The notes under the pieces: generated by a model
Databases searched by the model: none
What the model saw: the letters and a program-made list of their open reading frames with translations, nothing else
Told to the model about the DNA's origin: nothing
Program-made: the position numbers and the translations under genes
Part shown: in pieces, positions 42,842 to 56,676 of the stretch
Layout of the letters: the number at the start of each line of letters is the position of its first letter
Numbering within the stretch: position 1 is the first letter of the stretch
From: Eledone cirrhosa
Taxonomy: Eukaryota
DNA length: 64,000 bases
NCBI GenBank assembly: GCA_964016885.1
Contig: OZ024740.1
Coordinates: forward strand, 401,512,001 to 401,576,000
Direction of reading: 5' to 3'

Positions 42842-44442
42842 TACATTGGTGTCACTTCATCTAAGTTTAAGTTTCGCTTTTACAATCATAAAGAGTCTTT
42901 TTCTAATCCAGATAAAACATTCTCTACATCACTCTCACAATTAATATGGTCTTTGAAGGAAAAATATAACAACTACTCAATTTCTTTGGAGTAAATTAAA
43001 GAATTCTGGTTCCTACTGCAATGCATCCATTTCACCAAAATACAATCTTTGCAATTTAGAGACTTTATTGATAATTACCAATTATGGTAATTTAATTAAT
43101 AAGAAAAATGAGATATTTAGCAGCTATCAACATAAGTCTGGAAGAACTTTTCAAGCATTATACAAATTTTGAAAAAATATTGACTATTAATCATTCTTAA
43201 AAAATTATATACATAACGTTTTGCCTTACCGGTAAAAATTATTTGTCGTTTTTATCTAGTAAATTTATTTCATGATGTGTATCAGTATCCTATGTTTGGA
43301 TTGAGAAAGGTCATTGTTTAACTAGAAATTTCTTGATTTGTTGTTTGAAATATATTTTGGTTTTCAGAATACTTAAATGTTTTAAATGTCTAAATGTTCG
43401 AATAGAATGAACGAGTTATCTTCCTTTGTTTACATTCTTCGTAAATAATTTTGTTCTGTCCGAATAGCTTGCTAAAGTATATTTAACATGATTTATACAG
43501 CTTAATACTATATGGTAGTCCTTAAAGGGAAACTATATATAATAATAAGTAATTATTGAAGTAAATTAGAAATAATAAAACTTTTGAGAATAAATATAAC
43601 TACAAATTAATCCTGTAATGAAATGACAATCAATGAACTGAAATGATTTTATAAAGAAAATAGAATAATTCAAATAACAAATGTTCTTAATATAATATAA
43701 AATATATATACTGTTGGTGATATATGCATACGTTTTAATAAATATCTTTATACATATTTAATAATTATTTAAATATGCTTTAAAGATAAAAATGATTTTA
43801 AATGTTGTAACAAAATATTTATTGAATATATTACTTAATTAAACTATGTATCTGATCGCTATAAAAAATATTCTTATATGGTTTAATTTTGATATAATAT
43901 ATAAGTATAATTAGCTTAAACATAACCAAATACAAAAGATATTAACAATTTCATGTTATTTAATTGGTTGCCTCAATTTGACTTAATATTTGAAAACAAC
44001 GGTCTGTATACCTTTCCACGTTATTTCTTTTTCTTCTTCTCTCGTATCTCTCGCTTCCGTTTTCCTTTTATATATTTATTCCCTAATACTTCTATTTACT
44101 CATTTAAATATTTATGTATGTATGTGTTTATTTATTTTCTTCTTGCGTTTCCTCATATTAACCCCCTCCATATACCCATATCTCGCTCCACATCCTCTTC
44201 TTCTTTAAATTTAAGTTTATCATGTTATTATTTGTGGTATATAAATGTTGAGATTTGTTGTAATAAAGCACTGCCAATACTGGAATTGAACTTTTAAGAC
44301 CGTTAAGGTATGTCATACATCAATTCATTTATTTTATCTGACGAGACGAGGACGTACTGAAAAAACAGAACAGTACCTTCGAAATATATATAATAAAACA
44401 TATATTTTGATTATGTGAATGTCTTCATTTATTATTATTCAA

Positions 44443-44445
<3 letters not shown>
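42842..44445 (+). mobile_element. Decayed Penelope-like element: GIY-YIG C-terminal part, AT-rich UTR, terminal hammerhead
   Basis: YIGVTSSKFKFRFYNHKESF..STSLSQLIWSLK..NLCNLE..LINKKNEIFS from 42842; continuity to the hammerhead at 44332 is inferred. Confidence 0.68.
44332..44398 (+). ncRNA. Minimal type I hammerhead ribozyme
   Basis: Stem I UUUUAU/AUAAAA; CUGACGA; stem II GUACUG/CAGUAC closed by G-C; GAAA; palindromic UAUAUA; UA cleavage site. Confidence 0.7.
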
Positions 44446-44519
<74 letters not shown>

Positions 44520-44521
<2 letters not shown>

Positions 44522-44925
44522 GTAATAAACACAGTAAATCGTGTGTTTAAAATTACGAAGGTTGAAAGCCACATTTCTTTGAAATATTTAGCCATGAAAC
44601 AGACAGAAAATATATAAGATAAATATATATATACAGACCGCCTGAATAACTATTACATATAAGATAAATAAATACACAGACCGCCTCAATAACTATTACA
44701 TCTCCCGGACAGATTAGGGATTAATCTGTTTCTCCCTCTGTTACAAATACTCAGGGCGAAACAGATTAATCCCTAATCTGTCCGGGAGAAGTAATAGTTA
44801 TTGAGGCGGTCTGTATATATATTTATCTTATATATTTTCTGTCTGTTTCATTGTTAAATATTTCAAACAAATGTAGTTTTCAACCCTCGTAATTTTAAAC
44901 ACACGATTTACTGTGTTTATTATTA
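44520..44925. repeat. ~400-bp fold-back whose right arm starts with a hammerhead 3' half
   Basis: Arms pair across the whole length (left arm has a ~43-bp tandem duplication); CGAAACAGATTA-ATCCC-TAATCTGTC at 44757-44782. Confidence 0.88.
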
Positions 44926-44937
44926 CATATATTGTTG

Positions 44938-45130
44938 AAGGGCGGTGAATTGGCAGTATCGGTAGAGGGTCTGACGCCATGCTTTCCAGCATAGTTATGT
45001 CCCTTTACGATCTGAGTTCAAATCCAGCCGAGGTTAACTTTGCCTTTCATCCTTACGGGGTCGATAAAATAAAGTACCAGTAATGTACTGGGTATTTGCT
45101 GGCCTTGTGCCTAAAATAGAAACAATTATT
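44938..45130 (+). mobile_element. tRNA-derived SINE, full length, 18-bp TSD
   Basis: ATTATTACATATATTGTT at 44919-44936 and 45125-45142; B box GAGTTCAAATCC. Confidence 0.92.
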
Positions 45131-45215
45131 ACATATATTGTTATAATGCTCAGTAATTATACTTTGAGTTTGTTAATTACAGGATTTCAGTATGAGTTAT
45201 TAACTCTATCTTTTA

Positions 45216-45251
<36 letters not shown>

Positions 45252-45494
45252 GGTTGCTTGTATGCGTCCATAGGCGAAGATTTGCTTCGAAGTGGCTAGA
45301 CGTATCTCAGGAACTTAAAAATCCAGAGTCAGGTTCGATCCACAAATAGATAGTACCTCGAACTGTTCGCAGAAGAAACCATTGTAATAGCTTAATAAAT
45401 TATGTTTCGATGCAACACTGATTCTTTGCTTTCCATATTATATATATATTTAGGGCGGGTAAAATTCTCTCTCTATATATATATATATATATTA

Positions 45495-46236
45495 GTTTCG
45501 CGAGGTTTTTGATATGAAATCGTGTGTCGAAACAACTCCATGGGAAGGTGGATTGGGTGGACCAAAGCTATACGGATCCCCCAAAACAATGATCAGGTAA
45601 GAAAAATGGTCGCACATGCAATAGGGGCTAGTATCAAAACTACCCTAAAGGGCCACATATTTAAGTTCAACGAGAAGATCTACACCCAAAATGAGGGAGC
45701 AGCCATTGGCGTCAGCATAGTTGGTGACGTTGCCAACCTTTTTATGGTATGGTGGAAAAGGAGACTCAAAGATCTCCTTGATGAGAGCTCCATAGACCTC
45801 ATCATGTACTTTCGTTACGTAGACGACATCAATATAGTAATAAGAACATCCCCACAAGAGAGCACTAACAAGTTTGATTTAGAACGTAGCACAATGGAAA
45901 GCATCCAGCAGATAGCTAATTCCATACACCAGAGTATAACTGTAACCTTTCAAACACCCTAACAATTGACTACCTGTATTAGACACGGAACTCTGGATTA
46001 ACACTATAGACGAGAGAGCCAAAATTCTCCACTCACACTATACTAAACCCATCGCCTCCAAATACCTGATACTCAAAAACTCAGCAATGTCCAGTAGTGC
46101 TAAGTTTAATATTCTGATCGCAGACTTGGTACGAGGGATGAAGAAGGTGTCCCGCATGTGCGACCCAACAGAAATGGAAAGGCACATCCAACACTTCATC
46201 AACCGCATGCAGTTCTCTGGCTACAACCAAAGAGAA
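45495..46236 (+). pseudogene. Penelope-like reverse transcriptase fragment
   Basis: HIFKFNEKIYTQNEGAAIG..VANLFM..YFRYVDDI; LPVLD; YTKP..SAMSSSAKFNILIADLVR..SGY; preceded by an inverted copy of the 56620-56659 tail. Confidence 0.85.
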
Positions 46237-46252
46237 TTTGGGGACAACCGGG

Positions 46253-46300
<48 letters not shown>

Positions 46301-46358
46301 GTCCCCCAGTTGTCCCCCGGTATATAATATATATAGATATATATATATGTGTGTCCCC

Positions 46359-46855
46359 CAGTTGACCCCCGGTATTCGCGGGGTTTACGTTCTTAGAGCG
46401 CCCGGAAAGAGTGAAAAACCGCGAATATTAGACGTAGTCCATAAAAATATCTATAAACGTCAAAACATAATGTAAAATATAGACCGGCAAATACGGTATA
46501 CTTTTATTAATAAGTCAGTGTTAAAAAGCGTGAAATTATATATATTGTTGCTACTTTTGGTACAAGGCCAGCAATTATCCCAGTGTATTAAAGTACTTTA
46601 TTTTATCGACACCGTAAGGATGAAAGGCAAAGTTAACCTCGGCGGGATTTGAACTCAGACCAAGAAGGGCCGTAACTCTTTGCTGCATAGCATGGCGTCC
46701 GACGGTCTACCGATACTGCCAATCCACCATAAAAAATCGCGGAAGATATTTACGATTCCGCCAATATGCGGTGGTTTCCACGAAATTTACTATTTGTTAG
46801 GTTCTAAAGAAAAATCCGCCAATAACAGGGACCGCGAATACCGGCGGTACAATTA
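46359..46855. mobile_element. pogo/Tigger-like MITE interrupted by a SINE
   Basis: TIRs CAGTTGACCCCCGGTATTCGCGG / CCGCGAATACCGGCGGTACAATT. Confidence 0.65.
46544..46729 (-). mobile_element. tRNA-derived SINE nested in the MITE
   Basis: Reverse complement of the family head and body. Confidence 0.88.
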
Positions 46856-47214
46856 ATCTGGATGAGAATTTGTTTGTTTGTTGCATAGGTATGTGTGTGC
46901 ACCAGTGTATCTGCGCTTGCATGTGTGATCTAACAAGTGACAGTAGCTTAGAAATAGCAATGGCAGTCAACACTCACAAGCTGATGGAAAAGCAAAATAG
47001 AAAGAAATTTAATGAAAACATCCGATTATATTAAAAAAATGAGAATATATGTCAAACGTAAAGTAACAAATTCATGACAGATTATGGTGGATAACTAATG
47101 AAATGCAGATTTCACGTACTAGCTAGTCAACAGATATGAATAACAAAACTGCAGTTATTTTAGCAATTAGTTAGAGACAACTTAATCGGCCTCATCTTTA
47201 TTTACGATTAATTT

Positions 47215-48025
47215 ATGACGCCATCCCGCAAAGTTGGCAAGGCCGCTGGGGAGGATCAAATACGGCCTGAGATGTTAAAAGCTTTAACTGGAACTTGAAG
47301 GTTTGATGCCGAGTGATGTATGGTTGGAATAAAAATTAGTGTAGCGAAATCTGAGACGCTCGTCCTCTCAAGGAAACCTGCGCAGTGCATTCTACATGTT
47401 TATGGAATTCCACTGAAACGTGTGGAGAAGTACCTCGGGGCCAAGTGCACAGGTGATGGAAGGCAAGAGGCTGAATTAAGTCCAAAAACTGTAGGAGCTG
47501 GTGCTGTAATGCGCCAGTTTCAGAATGCAGTAATCAGAATGGAGGTAGGTGTAAAAGCCAAACTCGTTATCTTCAATTCAGTGTACATGCCAACCCTTAC
47601 ATCTGCTTATCTTGGGTAATGATCGAAAGAATATGATCGCGAATAAAAGCGGCCGTATTGGCGTTCCATAGAAAGGTGCTTGTAGTAACATTTTCCAAGT
47701 GCGTAGCTCTGAGATCAGTCGCACAGGTAGAGCCGCTACTTCTCCAAATTGAAATATCGCAGCTCTGATAATATGGGCATATGGTTAGAATGTCTCAGGA
47801 AAGAAGCACTGGACAGGATTTACTGGCAAAACTAACAGGTAGAAGACCGAGGTTTCGACCACGTGCAAGATGCTTGGATAAAAGCCCTGAGCTTTGCTGA
47901 TCTCGCTTTCAGCGGGATCAGTAGGTATCGGTTCCTTCTGACAGAATCCACTCGAATAAATATTTGAGGACTCTGCCCCAAATAATCTCTCCTGAATAAA
48001 TGGGCAAAGATAAATGGTTATCATA
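47215..48025 (+). mobile_element. Internally deleted RTE LINE remnant
   Basis: GKAAGEDQIRPEMLKAL; KISVAKSETLVLSRKP; EKYLG; IFNSVYMPTLT. Confidence 0.78.
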
Positions 48026-48094
48026 AGCGTAGTTTGCATAAAATGTTCTAGCACACTAGTCCCAATTTTCGACATCTATCATATCTTCGAGTCT

Positions 48095-50230
48095 CTTAGT
48101 CAGTCGGGAATGGGAGGTGGAGTGGCAGTGTTTCTTAGGAATGGCCTGGATCTCGAGGTAAGGACGATCTTCCTGAACCTGCATGGTACGTTGGTGGTCC
48201 TGAACGTGAGCAATAAGACGGCGGATTTATTTAGGCACCTGGCTGTCTTTATGGGAACCTCTCGCTCTTTACCAAGGGATTGAAACAGTATTTTAAACGC
48301 ATGCAGGGATTTTGTGGAAGTAGCACATAGGAGCGTGCGTGTGCAAAAGCCTCAAGTATCTGATCAGACAGGAATTGACTAAATTTCCCGAATGCGCCAA
48401 TGTGGAGGTGAACTAACCACATAGGGCCACCTAGATCGTATATAAATATGTTTTTCGTTAGGTCAACACATAAGGAACGTATAGGTTGTCCACATTTCGG
48501 AACATTCGCTTATTCAGTTCACAAATGTGTGATCTGCATGGATAACCTAGATAAAACTTATAGGCTAGTAACGTTACTCCAAAGACCCTTTGGAGAAATC
48601 CCATTTCGGCCGCTTGTATTCGCTAGCGGCGAGAATGGCAATATACTATTTCTTCAATGCAAATCACAAAGATTGCATTGCCAGAGCTAATGAAGGTACT
48701 TTGAGAAACGAGGAAAAGAATGCTGTTCGATGGGTCCAAGTGGCAGAGTTGCATACTAGTAACAAACAACACCATGATTCGGTCTTTAACGGACTGAGAC
48801 GGCGTGCTAAACGATTCCAGGCAGATGTGTACAACCTTTCATCAACACTTTGCTCGACTGATCGAGGGACCGAGGGTCGCTGACTCTAGTGGACTTCTGT
48901 TCCTACCTCCTCGGCTTGCTGCGACTGTCACCAGCCGATGCTGAGTACTGCGAAAGGCCGATAACAGCCGAAATGTATGCCTTCGGTATGCCTTCGTCAG
49001 CTGCCAGAGGCGAAAATCACCCGTTTGTCCTACGTGTTTATACGTAGATATGACGGTCGTGTTCTCTGATCTCCTCAAAGCGGTTTACTGGCCGCAGACT
49101 TGAAGCATTCCCATTTCTGTGAGCTGAGGCTTAGTAATGCTAATGAGGAAAGACGAGAAAAAGAGGGACACTTTAAATAGTTTCAGGCCCATAATCAGGC
49201 TGCCGCAAACTTGCACGGTCCCGACCAGCTCCATACACGACAACCTCCACCTCAAGCGCTGCATCACAGAGAGGGTAGGGAGTGAACTGGCTTCGTTGAG
49301 GCTATGATCAATTAAGATCAATCGGTATCTGCTCGGTTCGGGAAGCGTGCCCTCTCTCCTCCCTTCTCTATGTATTGACACTCGCGCTATTTCTTCGGAA
49401 GCTGGAGCTGTTGCAGGGTATCTCCCACGAACCTGGACGTTGAAGAGCTGCGTTGGTATATGCAGACAACGTCACTGTAATGGCGTGGCACACCCTAGAA
49501 ATCGAGATGTCGGCAACTACTTAGAGGAATATGAAAGTTTGACAGGAGCAAAGATCAACCAGAACAAGGTCAGTGAGTTTGCAGTTCGGCACCTGGAGAG
49601 GCAGATCAATGCCATCCAACAGCGTCATAGGGTGCTTGACGGGCGGAATGGTGAAGTCGTGTTCTGATCCATTCCAGAACTCCAGGTTAATAAGAACTGG
49701 AAAGAGATAACGAGCTGGGTGGCTACTCTCACTCACAAATGGGCTGAGAGGAAGCTGTCCTTGAAAGCTCAAGCGGAGGGGCAAACGCGTATATCAACGC
49801 GTAAATCAAACGTGTCCGTCACCTATTACAGCCACACCCCTATGTCCTGTCCCCGTTCATGCCTCACAAAATTGGAGCGCTTGCTCTTCAGTTTATTGTG
49901 TAAGGGACATATATCACTGGTGTGTGGCGTTCCATCTGCTGCCAACGGCCTTTTCATGCTCAGGCTAGGTCATCTCCAAATAATCCTTAACGGTAAGCAG
50001 GTATAGTCGCTCTTTCTCAGAAGCACTTTTAGGCACCTCATCTCTTTGATTAAGCTGCAGTCGTATGGTATGTCAAGCGTAGACCGTGACTGGGCGCTTA
50101 CAGCCCTCTACCAATGCGGTCAGTGGAAATTCCACTTTGGCGTTCAATAGAAGACTAATGGTGGGCAAGTGCGAAGACGCCTTCGGAGAGATTCTAGGCG
50201 TCGACGAGAAGAAATTATTCAGTCTAGTCC
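48095..50230 (+). mobile_element. Heavily decayed, deleted copy of the Tx1 ORF2
   Basis: Colinear with ~10120-12810 (GGGVAVFLR, CCATACACGACAACCTCCACCT, WAERKLSLK, GGGCAAGTGCGA). Confidence 0.88.
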
Positions 50231-50544
50231 GGTTCATTACCGACATAGATATATAAGCTGATGTACCGTCTCCTCACTGCCATGTTAATAAATGGTTAAA
50301 TGTACCGATTTTTTCTGCACTAATTTGGTGACTGATGGTTGCTAATCTTAAGCACCCCCATCGTTTCATTTCTTCATGTATGGGGGATGCCAGCCCAGGG
50401 TTTCGACGTCGATGGACAATTACGTAACACTTGATGGGGCCCATCAGTGTACTCTCAGACGGAGTTAACTGAGCTCAGGACACCTGTAAGTTAGGGTTGT
50501 TACCCCATGTACTAATGACTGACTTCAATATACACACTACTTTA

Positions 50545-50611
<67 letters not shown>

Positions 50612-50677
50612 ATATATATATATGGCCTCAGCCGGATGGCTGGAACAGATAAAAGAGTAAAAGAGTATATATATATA

Positions 50678-50840
50678 CTCAGCTACATCAGAACTCTGCG
50701 TTCTTCTGATCTAGCTGTCGAAACGGCCGGAGCTCAGCCGTCGGGGCCCTGACTCTTTTCCCATTACCCACTCTACTACCCCACGTATTGAGAACTCTGG
50801 TGCGTTATGGTCTACCTGGTATCTTACCACACACCCTTTA
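50678..50840 (+). mobile_element. 5'-truncated copy of the 31.3-kb hammerhead family
   Basis: Hairpin CAGCTACATCAGAA/TTCTGATCTAGCTG, GAAACGGC..GCCGTC GGGG, shared tail ATTACCCACTCTACTAC..GTATTGAG..GGTGCGTTATGGTC. Confidence 0.8.
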
Positions 50841-50843
50841 CTT

Positions 50844-50875
<32 letters not shown>

Positions 50876-51073
50876 AGTGTGTGTGTGTGTGTGTGTGTGT
50901 TGATCCCGAGTTGAGTCTGCTGTAACCGAATGTGTAGAGTGACGGCAAATGTTTATATAGAAAAGGCTGCTACAAAGCTAGAACTGTTTCATTCGTATGA
51001 AATCAACAGGAATGCATCCGAATTCGTACGCGCTTTCTATATTAATCTCTCTCTGTGTGTATATATATATATA

Positions 51074-51167
<94 letters not shown>

Positions 51168-51261
51168 TCCGTATGTGTATTTATGCATAGAACGATAAAA
51201 ACAGAAATTATGCGTTGGTTGACAGTTAATTAATTGTTTTACGATGGTTTCAGAGGCTCGA

Positions 51262-51373
51262 TTGATCGGTGGATTTCGATATATATATATATATATCGAA
51301 ATCCTCCGATCAAGCGCTCAGATCTAGCTGTCGAAACAGCCGGAGCTCAGCCGTCGGGGTCCTGACTCTTTTC
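51262..51373 (+). mobile_element. Third fragment of the 31.3-kb family, next to a short (AT)n-centred palindrome
   Basis: GATCTAGCTGTCGAAACAGCCGGAGCTCAGCCGTCGGGG; TTGATCGGTGGATTTCG(AT)nCGAAATCCTCCGATCAA. Confidence 0.7.
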
Positions 51374-52469
51374 ATATTTATATATTTCTCGTCAAGTCAT
51401 CCTATTTCACTCATTCCTAGGTGTAATCTGGCTTATAAAGACTTCTACATGATTCTTAATACCATGTTACACTTCGCCTCCATCCTCACACATCCTATTA
51501 CAACTAATTAATGTTTATATTCCGGACTTTACATTCAACTAAGAACATATTTGATGTGGAATTCTATAGAAGCGATGTCTGCTTCTCAATAATTCCTGTC
51601 TGGACTAAACTTCTACCCAACATTATTCCATTTAAAATTTTCTCAATAAACTTCAAAACCTTCGCGTGTAGTGACTAGGATTTTATTATCTTTGCCTTAA
51701 GTTTATTTCTTTTAGTATTAGTTTGTAAAACAAAATTCCCTTCAAGTTAATTTCCGTTCTGTAATATCTAGATACTTAGGGCTTCTATATCTTAATGAAT
51801 TTATTATCTATTAATCGCATCCCATTACTTCGCAATATCTTATTTTTCCTCATTAACGCCTTAATACGTTATAATCTCTAATTGTATGCTACAATTTTCC
51901 ATGTATATTTGTACTAAGGACTCTATTTGATCTAAGATTTTGCTAATATTTTGACGTTATCCATCAAGAGAAAGATATTTACATTTTGGGCCGTCTTTGA
52001 TCTTGTGCTTCGATTACAAATCTTTCAGTCTCGGCTTTTGATCCAGTGCTTCGTAACCAGGTTTGTGAATTTCGCTTGTCTACTTTCTCTCTACTCAGCT
52101 ATTTCGGGTATTGGCCATATAAAGATTTTTCCTGCCATTCTTTTAGCCCGGAAATCATTTGCAATTTATAATTTATGTTTTTCACAATTTTAGTTGTTGC
52201 TTTTTCTTGGTTTCCATTTTCTCCTCAATGTCAATCCAGCTTTCTGTTTTACATTTGTCTGTTTCCTTGAAGACAGAAAACAATTTTTGTTTTGTTCAAT
52301 GATTCGTGGCTATTTCTATTAACTTTTCTTTGTTCTTCATTAGATATTTTCGTAGTTATGTAGTTCGATAACGGCCCTTGAGTGTGTGTGTGTGTGACAG
52401 CTCACACCTATGCAGGTTTAGCTGGCCTCCTCCAAGGTATATCTCGTTGGAGGTGTCTTGGGTAATTAA

Positions 52470-52632
52470 ATGATAGGGACCCTATCATCTCATTTCTACA
52501 GCTGAGTAAACTGGAGCAACGTGAAGTAAAATGTCTTGCTCAAAGAAACAACACATCACCCGGTCCGAGAATTGAACTCACAACCTTTCGATTGCAAGCC
52601 CAATGTTCTAACCACTAAGCCATGCGCCTTCA
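52470..52632 (-). mobile_element. tRNA-derived CORE-type SINE
   Basis: Minus strand GGCGCATGGCTTAGTGGTTAG (A box), GAGTTCAATTC (B box), TTGAGCAAGACATTTTAC core-like segment. Confidence 0.78.
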
Positions 52633-53163
52633 CGTGAATTAAACATAGGGACCCAACTGATCCAGGCCCTTGAGTCCATGGGAGGTATAATCTTTTTACA
52701 TATGTTGTATTAATACTACTATCATTGTCGTTTATCCTTACGTGATCGATAGAATGATGCACTAGTAATGCACTGGGGTAGATGGAATCGACTTTCCCCT
52801 CCCACCAAAATTGTTTTTCTTCTCTTTATACTTTGAGTTCGAATCCTATCCAGGTCAATTTTGGTTTTCCTGTTTAGGGGATTGATAAAACAACAGTAAA
52901 GTTTTATCGCTTGAACCCACCTCCAACAGCATTGTTGTTGCTGACCGTTGTGCTTAAGTTAGAAACCGTAATTATTTGTTTGGTTCCTGTTGTTTTATTG
53001 TAGATAATTAAGATAATGATGGTATTTTTCAGATCATGGTTATTTTGAAAAAGATGTTTATAAAAGAAGATGATGGTCCCCATCATCATCTTCATCAGAT
53101 TCCTTAACTTTATTATAATTCACATTATCACCATCATTATCAACATCATCATGAAGTGAGAAT

Positions 53164-53348
53164 GTGACGATGACGTGTATGGTGACTATGGAGGTTGTAG
53201 CGCTGGAGGCTGTGGTGAAAATGATAGTGATGATAGTGATGATGATGATGATGATGATGATGCTTGTGATGATGATGATTGTGATGATAATTGTGAAGTT
53301 GCCGATGATGATGACGATGATGATGATGATGATGATTGTGAAGTTGAT
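53164..53348. repeat. (GAT)n-rich microsatellite
   Basis: Direct reading. Confidence 0.9.
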
Positions 53349-53688
53349 GGGAGGTGAAGGGTGATGATTTGTTTATTTGCCCTGCATATACCTTCGCTTG
53401 CCTTCCTACCTTGTCGACCGTAAGCAAGCTGTTTCATAAGACGGCTTGTGGATCCAATTTAAATGTGATATTTGTTTTCTTTGGTCTTCTTGATTTAATT
53501 AGTAGCAGCTAGGTTTTCTTCACGTAAGTAAAGTGAAAAGGGGCAAAAGTCAGGTCAGTGAGGGGAAAATCATCATCACTATAGCGTTAAAAAAAAAGCT
53601 ATGTATGTATTATGTATATGTATTATATATGAATATGTATACATGTTTTTGTATATATATATATATGTAAATATAAATGTTTAAATGG

Positions 53689-53720
<32 letters not shown>

Positions 53721-53995
53721 GTTCATGTGTATGTCAGTATAATGAATTTATGAGTATTGGTATACATGTGTGTGTATGTGTAAGTGACATCTATATGTCT
53801 ATATTGTGGTATATATATGTATTAATACGTACTTTTGTGCGTTTACATATTTCTTCTTTTGACTCCATTAGCTATGAGAGCTAAGGTCATGTCGGAGCAT
53901 CAGTATAATATATTAGAATGTACAAATATGTATATTTCTATTTATCAGTATATTTTCTTAGTATCTTACATATATGAATGCACACACAGAATCTG

Positions 53996-54316
<321 letters not shown>

Positions 54317-54653
54317 TTGAGATGATGTGTACGTGTGTGTGTATGTATGACGAGTTCATAACTCCGTTAAATAGAGATTAAATAGCAAACACGAATAAAC
54401 TCACACGCCTTCACACACATCGACCACATACACAAACATAGATAAAAACATAACAAACCTTCTCATGTTATATACATATATACGTGTGTAAAGCATTTTA
54501 TTTTTTCATTAAGAAAAGAAAATGGATGGCCCTCAAGTCATGTCAAAGAATATTCGTACAGATGAGCAGCGATGTAATGTAAACACATTTACTTACGCAC
54601 TCATAGAAGAGTTCCTACAGACAGATCTCTTTGTCTCCCTCCATACATACACA

Positions 54654-55311
<658 letters not shown>

Positions 55312-55600
55312 CAGATTGACTTTCGAACGTTTCCACGAACCAAAGTATCGTCTTCCTGTCTTCCTCCGGTTGCAACGGTTTTTGACATATCCAGTTCTGC
55401 GTTTACAGATTGACTTTGTTAGTTTCAGAAGATCCCGTTGGGTGAAAGCAGCGATTCTTTGCTTAAACTTTAATCTGTTATTTTAATAAATATTTGCTCT
55501 ACGGTTCTTATATATTTGATATATATTTATCCTTATCGAGCCCTCATTGGATTTTAGTCTTCAAATTTATTATTATTACTATATATATATATATATATAT

Positions 55601-56676
55601 ATATTGTTATACTTTGGGAGGGTCATGTTGCCAATAAGAAAGAAACACACGCACCAGATGCTTTCACTTCAATTTATTATATATTTATAAATTTATAAAT
55701 TTACAAATCTACAAACTTATAAATTATATAAATTTCTGGTTGGTTGGTTGGTTCCACAACCAGATAGTTGTTTATATATAGTCATAGTCCTGTCGTCACA
55801 CACTCTGTGACCTCTTCAGTGACTGGAGATTCCTTTCTTTGTTTCTGTGCATTTCCTTTCTTCTGTCCTACGCCATTTTGTTTCTGTGTGTGTGTTGTGT
55901 GCTCAGTTTGCGCATGCGCCACATCCGGGTGTCTGTGTGTGTTTGTGTTCATTTATCTATTTGTTTAATTATTTATTTATTTATTGTTGGTTGGTTGTTT
56001 GTTCTATGTATGTGTGTGTTTTCATTTTGTCCTTAATTGTAAGAACATAGAAATAAAAATAAAAATAGAATCCACACACAGAAAAGATGCAATGTTTAGG
56101 CAAATTACAGAGGCAGTAAGCATAAAAGAATTACAATCAAAATTAAATAGAAAATATGAGTGGAACAGCAACATCACAACTTACAATTAAGGACAAAATG
56201 AAAACACACACACACATAGAACAAACAACCAACCAACAATAAATAAATAAATAAACAAATAGATGAATGAACACAAACACACACAGACACCCGGGTGTGG
56301 CGCATGCGCAAACTGAGCACACAACACACACACAGAAACAAAATGGCGTAGGACAGAAGAAAGGAAAGGCACAGAAACAAAGAAAGGAATCCCCAGTCAC
56401 TGAAGAGGTCACAGAGTGTGTGACGAAAGGACTATGACTATATATAAACAACTATCTGGTTGTGGAACCAACCAACCAACCAGAAATTTATATAATTTAT
56501 AAGTTTGTAGATTTGTAAATTTATAAATTTATAAATATATAATAAATTGAAGTGAAAGCAACTGGTGCGTGTGTTTCTTTCGTATTGGCAACATGACCCT
56601 CCCAAAGTATAACAATATCGGTTTCAACACACGATTTCAGATAAAGAATCTTGCTAAACAAATTCAGAAACGAAAT
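55601..56676 (+). mobile_element. 5'-truncated Penelope-like element with inverted pLTR: arms 55601-56043 / 56180-56618, spacer encoding a GIY-YIG C-terminus, ~58-nt tail
   Basis: ~440-bp near-identical inverted arms; spacer reads DAMFRQITEAVSIKELQSKLNRKYEW; (TA)n on both sides. Confidence 0.88.
56395..56439 (+). ncRNA. Minimal type I hammerhead ribozyme
   Basis: Stem I AGUCA/UGACU; CUGAAGA; stem II GUCACA/UGUGAC; GAAA-GGAC-UA. The inverted copy (55780-55824, minus) has GACA instead of GAAA. Confidence 0.82.

Noticed and set aside
50395-50460. Hammerhead-like motifs here (minus), at ~55320-55365 and at ~62930-62955
   Set aside because: Cores are incomplete and stems cannot be closed; not distinguishable from chance by eye.
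52560-52632. tRNA gene
   Set aside because: Has A/B boxes but no closing acceptor stem; continues into a SINE core.
53149-53437. His-rich, Asp-rich or Ser-rich ORFs
   Set aside because: (GAT)n microsatellite read in different frames.
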